DNA from: Anthoceros angustus
Lineage: Eukaryota > Plantae > Anthocerotophyta
Assembly: GCA_010909165.1 (NCBI GenBank)
Contig: VJWM01000016.1
Span: 124,001 to 188,000, forward strand
Direction of reading: 5' to 3'
Length of the DNA: 64,000 bases
The notes under the pieces are model-generated. The model had not been told where the DNA came from. It did no database searches and saw only the letters and a list, made by a program, of their open reading frames with translations. Shown in pieces: positions 47,300 to 60,101 of the stretch (position 1 is the stretch's first letter; every line of letters starts with the position of its first letter). Position numbers and translations under genes: made by a program.

Positions 47300-49160
47300 G
47301 CCTGCCTCACAAACGAATCATCGAGTCAACCACCGGAACCTAGATCACCTTAACCTTTGTCCAAAGAGTTGATCACAACACACTGCACACCGGAATAACA
47401 AAGGGGCTTCAGGCATACACACCGCAGAAAGGATACCAATCCTGCCATTGGCAATGACCTTACCATAACTTCATACTACTGCTGCTGATGAACACGCCAC
47501 TGAAATGTCTTCACCAATGAACCTGCGCGTGCTGGTACCAGCACTTCAACTACTTGACTAGGCATGTACACAGGGCAACTACATGGTACCATAAGACACT
47601 TGGAGCTGCAAGTTATCGCATTAATTTCAGGCACCAAGTTTTTCTGTACTCCTCCTTGACTTAGTCGGAGTCTGTTTCAATCCGATAGTATCGACGATGT
47701 CGCACACTGTTGGATGCACTGCGACGCTGAGTAGGATGCACTAAACTCCTTTGAAGAGAAGTCATAGGTTCCACCGGCGTTGGTGAATCACGACTGGTCA
47801 TTCCTAGTAAAACATTTGCTGCAACACAGAAAATGCACAAAGCACATTATAACCCAGCAAGGAATCGTCATTCAAAGGCTCCGTCTCCAACATGCTCAAC
47901 CAACCACAAGCTCTTACTGGCTACCTTTCTGTTCACACACAGATCTCAGATTAGCCACTCTTGCATTTCAGCGTAAGCATGTCTCTTCCTCACTGCTAAC
48001 CCATTTCTGGGACAGCTTTGTAATTTCCATGTTCAATCAAAAGTTTGCCCGAACTGATGACCTACACCCCGCTACTGTACAGGAACTTGGATTTCGTAAT
48101 TGTAAGTCAATGCTCACTCAGTGCTTGGTCCATCTTCACCGCCCAATACTACTGCTTTCAGACATGACCAGAAGACATATTTAAACATCAAGATCTCACC
48201 ACTGGGAATGCTCATGAACAAGGCAAAGGCCAAGAATGTCAATGGATGACAGTGACTGCCAAGAGTAACCCCTAGATATTATATGCCTGTCGTTGTGAGC
48301 GTGTCCAGATGGTCTCTTGCTTGGGAGGTTGCCTCCGGAACCGGAGCAGGTGCCATTGTTCCTGGCAAAGTTGCCTCCATTGACATATCAGGACCTAGAC
48401 TTAAAGAGAACCAAGAATTGTTGATCTCATCATCTTCAGGAAGTACCGGCTCACGCAGCGTGGTTTCAACAGCCCTTGCAGGTTGTGGAGGCAAGAATAT
48501 GTGTAATGGTGATTCTGTTGGAGAGCCCCGTCCAGAGTTTTCACCACCAAAATTACGATCATAGCTTGAGTGTCTAACAGGCGAAACCGTTCCCACTCCT
48601 CCCACATTGAAGGATCTGCTGTTAAACCTTCCTGCTGTCTTAATGCGCGAGCCACTCATATGCATCGGACACACACTTCGTTTCCATTTACAAGAAAGAA
48701 TTTGAGCAAACATGCTTTGCAGAACTTGCATATAGCACCTCACTCCTGCCTAAAACAACTTTGAACTCAACCCATAGGACAATAGTGGCTTACAAGGCAG
48801 CGCAAGTTCACTGTAATTGAATCCAAAACAACTAAATCATCATCTTCGCCATCTGCAGCTTCGGCAGCTCTACCAGTCACTGCGCGGCGCACGCGGCCCA
48901 ACGCCTCATCAATGTTCTCCCCCACGGATGCATTTGGGATTTTCTCCAGAACCTAAATGACAAGGTGAAACTCCCATATTGAAAAAATGCAAAGCAGCAG
49001 TGAAGGATAGGCAACATCCAAAAAATGAAAATGAAATCAAGTATACCTGAGCCATAGTCAAGCGGCGTATAATTCTGATCCCAACACAGAACTGACGAGC
49101 ATCATTACTCCAGAGAGAAAATCGAGTATCCCCATCCTTTAGTAAGGTTGCAATCTGCAA
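47300..49160 (-). pseudogene. Decayed coding-like sequence, possibly a DNA-transposon remnant
   Basis: Protein-like minus-strand ORF 48279-48743 with stop-interrupted neighbours; no diagnostic catalytic motif recognised. Confidence 0.2.
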
Positions 49161-49207
49161 GCAGTCAGTATTTTAGCAGGTTATAGGTGCAGAGAATACA
49201 ACGTAGC

Positions 49208-52200
49208 TGTGACGCGACTTTCGCTGACGGCCAGCTGGGCGCTCATCAATCCCGTGTCGTTGCAGTAAGGAGTCCGTTCCCAAGGGAATGACTTGTTCCG
49301 TTTTTACACGTCCGTTGCTTGATTCTCTCCCCATCGATGGAAAGGGTGTCTACCTGAGACCACAACACGGTCGGTTTCTGCTCCCTAGTTACTTCTACTC
49401 GTCCACCGCACAGGCCCGGAGTGGCCAAACGTTTAAAGACTCGTTTTGCGCCCGTTGCCTACTGATCTGTCTTACTTCCTTCCCTACTCCGTCTCTCCTA
49501 CCGTACTCGCTTACACACAACACCAATTGAGGGTTACGGTCGGGCGTGCGTGGGCTACGAACCTCCGCGTCCGTTCACCAGGTTCCTCCGTCCGGGCTCT
49601 GCATGCCCTCTCGGAGTTCGACTAGTCACGCCAGTTCCGGTTCGTCAGACGTCGGACCTCTGTCCGGGAGGAGCAAGGGTCCGGGGTCTTTCGCATCTGT
49701 ACACACACACACCACCACGCGTTAGGGTCCGTCACCACGACCTGGATCAGTCTCTCCGGAGTAGTCTTGCCCGCTCAGTGAAGAGGAACAAGATTATTGG
49801 AGGGATCTTCCGCATACGATTAATCTGGTGGGATGTTATGGTGTGACTGTCGACTGCAGCCCGGAGGAGTTAGTGGCGACATCGGCCAACAAAAGGGGAT
49901 GAAGACTCTTTGAAGATGCTCCATGATAGGTATGGACAAATCAAACAACAGGTGGAAAGGAGCAAAGAGGATTCCAACCCAAGGGTCATCGCCAACGAAG
50001 AGGAAGGAAGGAAGGAGAAAGGGACCAGGCTACCATGGTAGGTAGTCAGACTACCCCGGTAGTCTGCCAGACTACCACGGTAGGGTGATTGAAGAAGGGG
50101 CGCGGCTAGGCGGCGGAGACTGAAAAGAAGGGCGCCTGAGTGCGGGGAGGGGGGCGCGACTACCTGGATGATGAGAGGAATCAAGGCGCCGCCCCGCAGA
50201 GTAGGGGGAAGGGGTAACATGGTACTTGCCCCACAAGCTAGGAAGAAGGCAGGGAAGACCAGTGACAAGGAAGACCGGCAAAGGGATGAGAAGACCAGCA
50301 GAATGGAACCGTCGCCACCCCGGCAAGATAAGGATGAGAATGGTCAATGACCATAAATGAGCTTTGGGGAATGGGAAGGATAGGTGGTGTAGGTTGGCAA
50401 CATTGAAGAGTGGCCATAGGTGAAGTTGCTAGAATAGAATTTACCTAGGATCGACGTGAACTTAGATGCAGGCCTTAAATCTTGGTAGGAAATAATAAAA
50501 TATTGGGAAGGTGGCACCTGTGGGGTCACCCGAGGGAGGTGTATATGGAAGGCCTCCTATAAGAAGAGGAGGATTTCACAAAGTAAAGTATCACGTCTTG
50601 CGCTTCCATACTCATGAGTCCTTTGCCCTTGTAAAGGAATTTCGTGCGGTGAGCCAACGCATCCGGTAGAGAGGAAGTCGCGGTGGTGCTTGGTGGAGGC
50701 TTGCTCCTGCAAGTGCCTAAGCAGGTTGCTCCCCTTGTGAATGGTTCGTGAAATTGCTTTGCTTTGGGTGTGTGGCAATGCCTGTGGAACTCTCGGCTTG
50801 AGGGTAGACTACAGGAAAGACTCCTGGAGGTTCTCATTGTCACAGTGTCAAACTCAACTACCCCAAGGAAGAACTTCTTTGGTGGAGGGACCCAGGCGGT
50901 TGTGTCGTAAGGGCAAGCCGAGGCGATGGCCCAGGAGGTTAGAATAGGAGGAAGAGGAGGAGATGAGTAGAGGATTAGAGTGTAGGTGTTAGTGGAAGGC
51001 CACAGGCAGAGCCTAAGGGACGAATCCCAAATCTGCAAGTAAAAGGGCGCTCCTTGAGTGGAGAAGACTGGTCTTAGAAGTAGGGACGAAATTGCGGTGT
51101 GGATCAGGGGGTCTCTGGGCGCCCCTGATAGGCTCCTCGCTGCTAAGGCAGGACCTGCAATTGTGTTGTGTCGTTGTAGGTCGAGGATTGGTGATTTCTC
51201 GGAGCAGTGCAAGTGGTGCAGCTGCTGTAAGAGGGAGAGTAGAGGGCGCCTTGCTTGTTTAGAAGGCTGAGATATTGTGTCACTGCAGGTAGGGGTGGTA
51301 GCATGGTTTGGTGGTACACTTTAGTACCATATGGCTTGGTACACTTGGTTACTTTGAAAAGGATAGAGAGATGTGAGAGGGTGACTTTAAGTTTTCATTA
51401 AAATAATATTTCAATATATGTTAGTTTCACTTTTATATACTTTTCGTTTGCTATTATTTACTTTAACTTACTTTACTTTACTTGGATCTGTTTTTATCCG
51501 GTGGTAAGTCAACCACTTACCCCAATTTGACCTTACGTGGCGCACTCTCGCTATTGCCATCGCGGGCTCAGTGTTGAGTTGATCCTTCGCCCGCCACGAG
51601 GCGGCTGGATGCAATCTCCTACACTTGCTCGCCCACATCCGGCGGTCGCACACACTCCATGGGCTCGAAGTTGGCGTGCTCGAGCTCGGTTGTTGTAATC
51701 AACCCTTTGTGCATTGTGAGCTATGTGGGGCTTCTTATGAGCCCTCCCTTCCTTCTGTGCGAGCGGGCTCCCCACATGCAAGATCGAGCTGCAGCTGGAA
51801 TCAAGTTTGTGTTTATGCGTTTGAAGGTAATGTGCCTTGTGTGTGGCAATCGGTGTTTTGCGGCCGAGGCTTGCTACGCTCTTGTGTGCACATGTCAGTG
51901 CTGTGAGATCTTTGTCGGCGTGAGGTCTTGGCCTTGGAGTGGGTGGTCGGCGTGCGGCTTCTCATTGTCTGGTGTCCTTTGAAGAACTTGAGCCGCTTAA
52001 CGGTCTTGTGTGGACATGTGCATGCTCTAGAAATGTGGTCTTTGGGCGTGTGAGGTGCTCGGTGGGTGCCAAGGTGCTCCTTTGATCATTCCTTGTGTTC
52101 AATGTCACGATGAAGGACTTGAGCTGAGTAATGCTCTTGTGTGCACATGTGGGATGGGGTGTGAGATGTTGTGCGCGTGAGGTCTTGGCCTTGGAGTGGG

Positions 52201-53920
52201 TGCCGACGTGCGGCTTCTCCTTGTCTATGGTGTCCCTGAAGAACTTGAGCCGGCTTAACGGTCTTGTGTGGACATGTCTGCGGGGCTCTGGGGAGGTCTT
52301 TGGGCGTGTGAGGGTGCTCTAGTGGGTGCAGTGCGGCTCCTTTGATCATTCCTTGTGTGCAATGTTACGGTGAAGGACTTGAGCACGAATAATGCTCTTG
52401 TGTGCACATGTGCGGTGCTAGGCTTGTGAGGTGGTGGCATTGTGATTTTGTTGGAGTGGGTGCCGATGCGGCTTCTCCTTGTGTCTTGATCTTTGGAGTG
52501 AAGAACTTGAGCACGCTGCGGTCTTGTGTGCACATGCGTTGGGGATGAGGTCTTTGGGCGTGTGAGGTCTTGGCCTTGGAGTGGGTGCCGAGTGCGGCTT
52601 CTCGATCTGCTCTGTGTGTCTTGTGAAGAACTTGAGCCGGCTTAATGCAAATGTGTGCACATGTGCAGTGCTGGAGTGGGTCTTGAGGTGCTCGGTGTTG
52701 GAGTGACATGGCTTCCTCGATGAGGAGGAGACATTAGGCATCTCAAGGAATCAAAAGCGTGCCCTCAAAAACATGTTGAGCCGCTCACGGTGTGAGTCGA
52801 GCCTTGGAGGCAATGCCAAAGTGGGCGTTCCGCTGGTCTTGGCATGAAGGAGACTACAACTTGCGGTGGAAGGAAGGAGTGGATGTTCGCCAAAGCAAGT
52901 TGCAGCAAGGTTTGAGGGAGGCAAGGCTGTGACGTTTACCTCCGTTTGGGGTAATGGGGTGAATGTAATGATGCTTATGGGTGGAAGGGATCGGATAATT
53001 TGTCGGACAAGGAGTGGAGAAACATCGGCGACTTGGTTTTCAAGATATACGGCAAGTTAGTCAAAGGTAAGATCCCTAGGTTGATGGCCATTGGCATCCT
53101 TGTTGAGAAAAAGCAGTGCTACCATGGCCTATGCACGAAAACTAATGAGGTAAAGGCCTCCAAGCACAAGAAATGTGAGGACATGGAGAAGGATAAGAAA
53201 GTGCACAAGGAGAAGGAGACCCTGGATCACATGGCCCTATGGCGAGGTCACGAGCAAGGGAAGGGCAAGAAGGTCAGAAAGCCAAGTGTCCCTGGACTCG
53301 AGGACACCGGTGATGAGGTTAGACAGGGTGACGGTGGAGAGCAAGACCCAAAGGAGGACTTGCATGCAGGAGCGTGAGCAAGAATGTATTCGAAGGAGGT
53401 TGATGTCATAGCCGGCGCGAGGAGGATCAAACCATCTTGTTCGGGCGGAGGATTGTGGCGCGACTTACTGACGGGCGCACGCATAATCCGTGTCGTTGTA
53501 GTAAGTCCGTTCCCAAGAGAACGATAGCTGGTTCGCTTCGACCGATTCTCACCTTACTTTGCGTCCGCTCAACTTTAACACACGCAATCGTCGTTTTGCG
53601 CCTAACTACTCATAACGTTCACCGAACAGGCCCGGTGTGGCCAAACGTTTAAGGACCCGTTTGCGTCCGTATCGTTCACGCACGTCACTCGTTCCTTTAG
53701 TCCGTTCCTCTCATCACTCTCACTACGCTCATCAACCTTGGAAAAGAACGCAAGTGGCTACACAGTCCGGACCTCCTCCGTTGCTCAACTGGGCCTCTCG
53801 TCCTCTGCCGCCCTCCGGAGTTCCTCCGGCTACACGCTCCGTCCTGGACGCTACGCGACGAACACGGGTCCCCGATCGCTCTTCCCCGCACACACACCAC
53901 CACACGTTAGGGTCGTCACG
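49208..53920 (+). mobile_element. Probable old LTR-type element bounded by diverged direct repeats (49208-49736, 53454-53920)
   Basis: Both repeats start TGTG(A/G)CGCGACTT, share blocks (GTCCGTTCCCAAG, GTGGCCAAACGTTTAA, CACACACCACCAC, GTTAGGGTC) and end CGTCAC. PBS-like TGGATCAG follows the first; a purine tract precedes the second. No TSD and no intact pol. Confidence 0.5.
51860..52720. repeat. Degenerate tandem array (~120/240-bp period)
   Basis: Recurring GAGGTCTTGGCCTTGGAGTGGGTG, GAAGAACTTGAGC and TGTGTGCACATGT blocks. Confidence 0.85.
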
Positions 53921-53956
53921 GGACCTTGATCCTCCGAGTCTCTGTGGCTCGCCAAC

Positions 53957-56900
53957 TGTGACTCACGTTAGCATGAAGACACACAAAGGTCTGCAAGAAA
54001 CGCGGCATCAACACCAAGAGAAGATGATTTATTCAGAGCAGCCTCAGCCCTCTTATACTACGCCCAAGTCGGCGTCTTTATTACACTCTATTCTGAGTCA
54101 GGCTACCAAGACGCCTTAATCGCCGCCTACCATCCTATTCCCTCCCTCCTATCTCCTTCGTCGGCGGTGGGCCTGGGAAGGTCCTGGGTTCCGTCTCGGT
54201 ATTGGTGGTCCAATCTCCGCCTCCGATAGCTGGCGCATCTAATCGGATGATCGCGGTGGACCCCTTCCTCTTCGAATCCTGCCGGTTACATGCGGTCCGA
54301 CGACCACTGCATTAACGCCTCCGTGGCCCCGGTGGGGTCCTCCTGTGAGGGGCCACCGACTGATCGCCTCCCCCAGAAGTCGAGGGACTCCTCCTGCTCC
54401 CGTCCGACCTCGGGGTCCGGTCTCGACTCCGAGTCCGGTCTCGACTCCGAGTCTCGCTTATTTCCGAGTCCGGACCTCGGGGTCCGGTCTCATCTGGGGT
54501 TCGGACCTCGGGGTCCGAACTTATTCTGGTCCGGTCCCCAAGCTCCGACTTTATCTGGACCACCCACCGCTAGGCCCTCATCCCTAGATTTTCTCCTTGG
54601 CGCCTTCGGGCCCCCATCTCTATCCTCCCGGCGGGTTGCGGTGGACTTACCCCGAGGTCCGTTGTATTGGCCAAGGCCCCGCCTCCTCCGAGGCTCTTCT
54701 CCTGCTGCTCCATACAAGGCCACTAGGGTCCCGTCTTGTCCCCATGTCCTTCATCCCTTGAGCCTTCCGGGTCCGTCTGCTTAGCGCGATGCCGAGAGGC
54801 TTCAATGCCTTAAGGAGCTCGCGGTAATAGGCAAAATCCGAGTCAATTTGCCGGATTGCCTCTTCCACATGTGCGGAGCACCGATACTCCTTTCGCCATT
54901 GGTGCTCGAGCCGAGCTGCCGGTCCAGCTTGGACCATCTCCCCGCTTGTTTGACACGGAGCCGGGCCGAATCTCGAGGCCACAAGGGATGCCTCCACACT
55001 GCACCGCCTGCTGCCCGCTCGCTTTCCGCCTCCTTGGCGTCTTCCGCCTCCTGCCCACCATAACGTGTCAGCCCCTTCCGCTCTCCTTAACTGGATCAGC
55101 CTTCTTTTCTCAAGGCCCAGCTGCTCTCGCTCCCGTTCATCACGGCCTTTAGCTCGCCATCTCCTCCAGACGGCCAGTGCAACTCCGCCTGATTATGCTT
55201 CATCCAGTGTCCTTCTCCATTTCGGCGACGCCCCGCCTCTTGTTCCATCGCCTTACCTCCTCCGTCTGGCCAATGTAGCTCTATCTCTCGTTCGTGATCG
55301 TGATCACGCCCTGCAGACATTCGCTCAATGGTAACTGAGCCGCAGCCAGGGGTCTCCTTGCGGTCTTCCATCTCCGCCGTTGCTCCACCTCACAGAGGCG
55401 AGTCCGGAGATCCTCCATCTCCTTGTCGCGGGCTTCCTTCTCCTCGGCATGGTGGCCGTGGCTCCGCCGCCTCCTCGCCGCCTTCACAGGCCGCCTTCCT
55501 CCTCGCCTCCCTCCACGGTTCGATCACGCCGATAGTGATCGCGGTGACTTAGCACGGCCCGCCTCCTCGCCGCCTTCACAGGCCGCCCGACTTGGTCTTG
55601 GTCGGTAGGGCCGCCTCGGCCAGTCGCGAGCTCTCGCCTCCTCGCCGCCTCCTCGCCGCCTTCACAGGCCGCCTTCCTCCTCCGGACCGTTTGGCCCTAG
55701 GGGTCGGGCCTCCGCCTACTCACCCGGTGAAGAATTTAGTCAGTCTGTCGAATGGACGGACTTCCCTTCGGCCTCCGTTTCCCTTCTTGATGCGGCCGAG
55801 GCTTACGCCTTCCTCCTCGCCTCTGGGCCTCCAATTGCTCTGGAGGGCACCATGCGCCTCCTTGTGGCTTCCACCTCACAGGTCTTCTCCGCCCCAGAGA
55901 CCCCCGAGCATACCGTCCATGACGGTAGCCAGCCGTGTCTCTTCCACGGCCGCCAGTGAGGCCCCAAAAGTCCGTTAGGAGGCATCTCGTCCGCCAAGGA
56001 CCTCCATACAGCCCCGGAGCGAGTCCTCCGACCTAATCGGGTCCCTTAGGTCTGATTGCGAGTCAGGAGCTCACCCTCCTTGGCCCTCTTGGCCGCCAAT
56101 TCCTTATTCGCCCTCTTAGTCACAGGGCTCGGAGGGTGAGGTGAGGAGCTAACCCCTTGCCTCTCCCGGTCGGTGACCCGGGCCCGGTGGGGTTGCCGCC
56201 ATGACCTCCTGCTCCTTGGCGTCTTCCGCCTCCTTGTTCCATCGCCTTACCTCCTCCGTGGCAGGCAAGTGGCTGTGCGCCTGGGCCCGAGGTCCGCGCT
56301 GGCGTGGCACTGGCTCTTCCGCCTCTTGATTGCCCGGAGTTCGTCGGGGCTCATCGGCCGCCATTGTGGTCGGGACAGTCACGAGCTGGGCCTCTCGCTG
56401 CACCGGGCTGCTCCGTAGTGAGCACTATGAGGGAAGGCGGAATATCTTCCACACTTCCCTAGGTGGTGAGGGGTCCGCCTGCACGTATGGAGTCCCAGAT
56501 CCTCCTGGGCCGCCCCTCCTCCCGACCTGCTGGTCGGGCCTCTACCTCGGGCGCCCTTGCCCGCTCTGCTTCTGGTAGGGCCGCCAACCCTTTCCGGAGC
56601 GCCCGCTCTTCTTCCCCATCCTTCAGGAGGTCGTAATGTCCCCACACATGGATCAGGTATGGGGATAGTCCTGACGGAGGTGGCTTCTCGCACCTCAGCT
56701 TGTGGGCCTCCTGGCTGAACCTGGCGAAGATGATCCTTCCCCAGTCAGCCCTCTTGCCCCGCTGCAGCGCATGCAGGAACACCAATAAATTATCACCAAG
56801 GTGATCCACCTTGGTGAGCAAGTCGATGGACCCCTAGCAAGATGTGAACACTGGTGATTGCAACCAAGGTGATCTACCCAGGAGCATGTTTTAGTGGACA

Positions 56901-57900
56901 ATGATCCGGCCGCTCTCACCCTCATCGTCAGGCATCAACCATGGTTGGTTGCGTTCGTCCACAGCTTGACATTGCGGCCTTTGCCGCCTCTATCTTTCCT
57001 CTTGCCTTGAGGGCCCGAACCACAATTTCTCGGCGGTTGTAAACCGCCTCGGACCTCCATTGTCCACCTCCTAGGGTCCTCCCGAGTTCTTGGATCGGAC
57101 CTCCTTGGCCCTCTTGGCCGCCAACATCTCCCAAGGCGCATTCTCGGCGACGCTGTCAAAGGTCTTAACGGCCTGGAAAATGTCTAGGTGCCATTCCTCC
57201 ACCAGCTCCGCCTCCTCCGCACGGATCAAGTCCGTAGGCAACAGTGACAATGTTGCGCTCCACCAAGCGCCATGGCTCCCACGCCTCTGCCGCTTTCTTT
57301 GGTCCCATCCTCGCACTCCTTCTGTTCCGCTGTTGAGACGTGAGGCTTCGCCCTCTCCCGCTCGTCGGCCGCGGTGTCAGTTGCTTCTCTCGCCAAAGAG
57401 AGCCGAAGGGTGCCGGAGTGATCAAAAAGACAACGCCAGAGAGCCGGGTGTCTGAGCGCGAGAGAATGCGAAACTCGCCGCAAAGTGGTTGGGAAGAATG
57501 ACCTCCGCCTCGCTTCTCTCCGTTGGAAGTAACTGGCCACGGGCGGGCGGCCTTTCACCAGAATCGCCGTGGAGCCCCATGGCTTACTCTCGCCTTACGC
57601 TTCCGCTTACTCTAGCCTTACGCCGCCACAGACGCAGCCTTATTGCCACCTGAGCGTGAATACCTCACCTATAACTGCCATCACTTTACGGCCCCGCCCT
57701 CGATGCGCATGCCCGTTCACCTCTCAAGACCGCCCACGTGGCGCCACCTGTCTAACTCACGCTCCAACCTCTAAGTTACTTTCCTTGGCGTACTTATCCT
57801 GTTTGACCCGGAGTGGGGTCCGGACTTATCCGATACTCGGTCGTGGTCGGAGGTCCTCGAGTGGGCCTGTGGTCCGCTCACCCCGGAGTCCGGAGGCGAG
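53957..57900 (-). mobile_element. 3' part of a Ty3/gypsy-like LTR retrotransposon: 3' LTR (53957-54132), PPT and degenerate additional ORF
   Basis: On the minus strand, PPT GGAGATAGGAGGGAGGGAATAGGA precedes a TG...CA LTR containing TATAA (54057-54053) then AATAAA (54033-54028). Upstream broken ORF with ADWGRIIFARF...LSPYLIHVWGHYDLL and a coiled coil. GC-rich short repeats at 54400-54560. No 5' LTR or pol seen. Confidence 0.6.
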
Positions 57901-58379
57901 TACACCGAGTCGTGCAATCCGTGCTTCTTCCTCCCTTTCACGCCTTATTTCACACTCCATACCTACGAAAACAAACCCGACTTATTTCCTAACCTGGGCG
58001 AGAGTTCGTTGTCCACGGGGAGGCGAGTCGACTTTCTGACTGATGGTGCGGATGTTGGTGGGTCATGACCACCACCGCACCTCCTCCTCGCCGCATCTGC
58101 TTCGGTTTGCCCGACATCGATCCTTTTGCGTTTTGGAGGTTTGGTGAGGTTGAGGTTCTCTGAAGTTGGCGTGTTTTGCACGCACTTGCCGCTGTGGGAT
58201 GGACATGTCTGTCAACCGCAGATGCACACGTCAAACATTAGAGGAAAACGGAGGCAAATACGGACCAAGCAGGAAAGAAGGGAATGTTGAAGCTGTCTTG
58301 GTTTCATGAAACAGGCCAAATTATAGAGCCACATACCTGCTATTTCGGGTTCCCTTTATAGAAGGATCTTCGTGAGAAG

Positions 58380-59170
58380 CCCGCAACCCTTGCCTGCCAC
58401 AAACGCGAAACTCAGCTGCCGCGGGTGTCTTCCACACCCAAGCACCGAGGTTGCCCGCCACAAGCAAAGACCGCGGCTGCCCACCACAAGCAAATAGAGA
58501 GGTGATGCACCACAAGCAAGCACCGTGGCTACCCGCAACAAGCAAGCACCGGGGGTGCATGCCACAAGCAAGCAACGAGGCTGGCTGCACCAACCGCGCA
58601 CCGAGCCTGCCTGCCATAAACGGACATCGAAGCCTTGTGCCACACACACCTTTTAGGGCGCGCACACACCTGGTCGCGAAGACTTCACTCCGCCGCCGGT
58701 TCTCAGTTCAGCACTCCTGTCCAAATCGCGGATAGCATGTGCCCGAAATCGGCTCCAATCGCACATGCAGGTCGCCCACCAGCAACGCGCGTTCTCTTGC
58801 CTCTGTCACTTGGGCGCACTCACCCGCCGATTCGCAGGACAACACTCATGTTCAAAACACGGATGCCTTGTGTCCGAAAGCCCATCCAATCGCACATGCA
58901 GGTCGCACACCAGCAACGCGCGGTCTCTTGCCTCAGGCACTTGGGCGCACTCAGCCGCCGATCCACTGTCATGCACTCCTGTCCAAAACACGGATGCCTT
59001 GTGTCCGATAGCGCCTCCAATCGCACATGCAAGTCGCACACCAGCAACGCGCGGTCTCTTGCCTCAGGCACTTGGGCGCACTTTTCGGTGCTTCACTCGT
59101 GCCTCCTGTCCGTCGCGGATGCCTTGTGTCCGATAAGCGCCTCAATCGCACATGCAGTCGCACACCGACA
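58380..59170. repeat. Tandem repeats: short CCACAAGCAAGCACC-type units (58380-58620) and a ~130-bp unit x ~3.5 (58712-59170)
   Basis: CAATCGCACATGCA recurs at ~58757, 58887, 59018 and 59143. Confidence 0.88.
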
Positions 59171-59438
59171 GCAGCTCTTACTGTGTCATAGCCAAAAATC
59201 TCAAGCCAGATCTCACGCGAGCACAAGTTTATCCAAACAGAGAACCCAAAACAAAGGTTCATAGGGCACAATCTTAAGTGCGCCGCAAATATAACCCTCG
59301 CAGCTAACTGTGGGTTAATCAAGCTGGGGTTGAAGGTTAGGTTTCGGTTTCCTGTTATAGCCCTTATTTCAAGCCGAACGTTTGGTAATTAACATTGGCG
59401 GCTACTATAACGGGTTAAACCTGCCACCATAATCAAGT

Positions 59439-60101
59439 ATGCATATTTTAACGTTCAAACCCAGATGGACAAACTTCATAGTATACAGCGCTTCTTCCTC
59501 TCAGAGTTGGTTAACAGTTGCTCCGGCGTTTGAAGAAGTGGTAAAATGCAGAGCGCTTCTCCATCCTACTCGTGCGGTCGCAAGTCGCAGGGGCGAATGG
59601 AAGGGCATAGCGACCGATGGGCAGTGGGATGCGATGTATCACGCATGGATGTTGTGTGCGCGCCCGTATTCTCGATGCGTCCGGAAGGTCGAGAAGGTGA
59701 CAATCATGGACACCACTCCAGAGCATGGAAGGCATCAGAAGGTCTCTGTCATCGACACAACTCCAGTTGGAGAAGGGATAGGAGGCAGGCCACGCATTCT
59801 GGATACCACGCCGATTCCAGAGATTAGGAACGAGGCTGAAGATGGAACACGACAGATGAAAATGTTTCTTCATCGCTCTATTGAGGAGGTCGGGAATGAT
59901 GATATTGAATTCTGCGGGAACGAGGATGCGGGCACAGAACACCACGGCAATAGCATCCACGCTGAGCCACGCTCACAAACGTCGATTGAACCTTGCCCGG
60001 TGAAGCGTCGACAATATCCTATCCGGAGAATGAAGAGGACCATGAAGCTGTGCTGCAATGAGGAAATACAGAACACTACTACAAAACATATGGCTTTTTA
60101 A
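59439..60101 (+). CDS. Hypothetical ORF with three (I/V)xDTTP repeats, probably TE-associated
   Basis: 220-codon ATG-started ORF containing TIMDTTP, SVIDTTP and RILDTTP. Confidence 0.25.
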   Translation: MHILTFKPRWTNFIVYSASSSQSWLTVAPAFEEVVKCRALLHPTRAVASRRGEWKGIATDGQWDAMYHAWMLCARPYSRCVRKVEKVTIMDTTPEHGRHQKVSVIDTTPVGEGIGGRPRILDTTPIPEIRNEAEDGTRQMKMFLHRSIEEVGNDDIEFCGNEDAGTEHHGNSIHAEPRSQTSIEPCPVKRRQYPIRRMKRTMKLCCNEEIQNTTTKHMAF

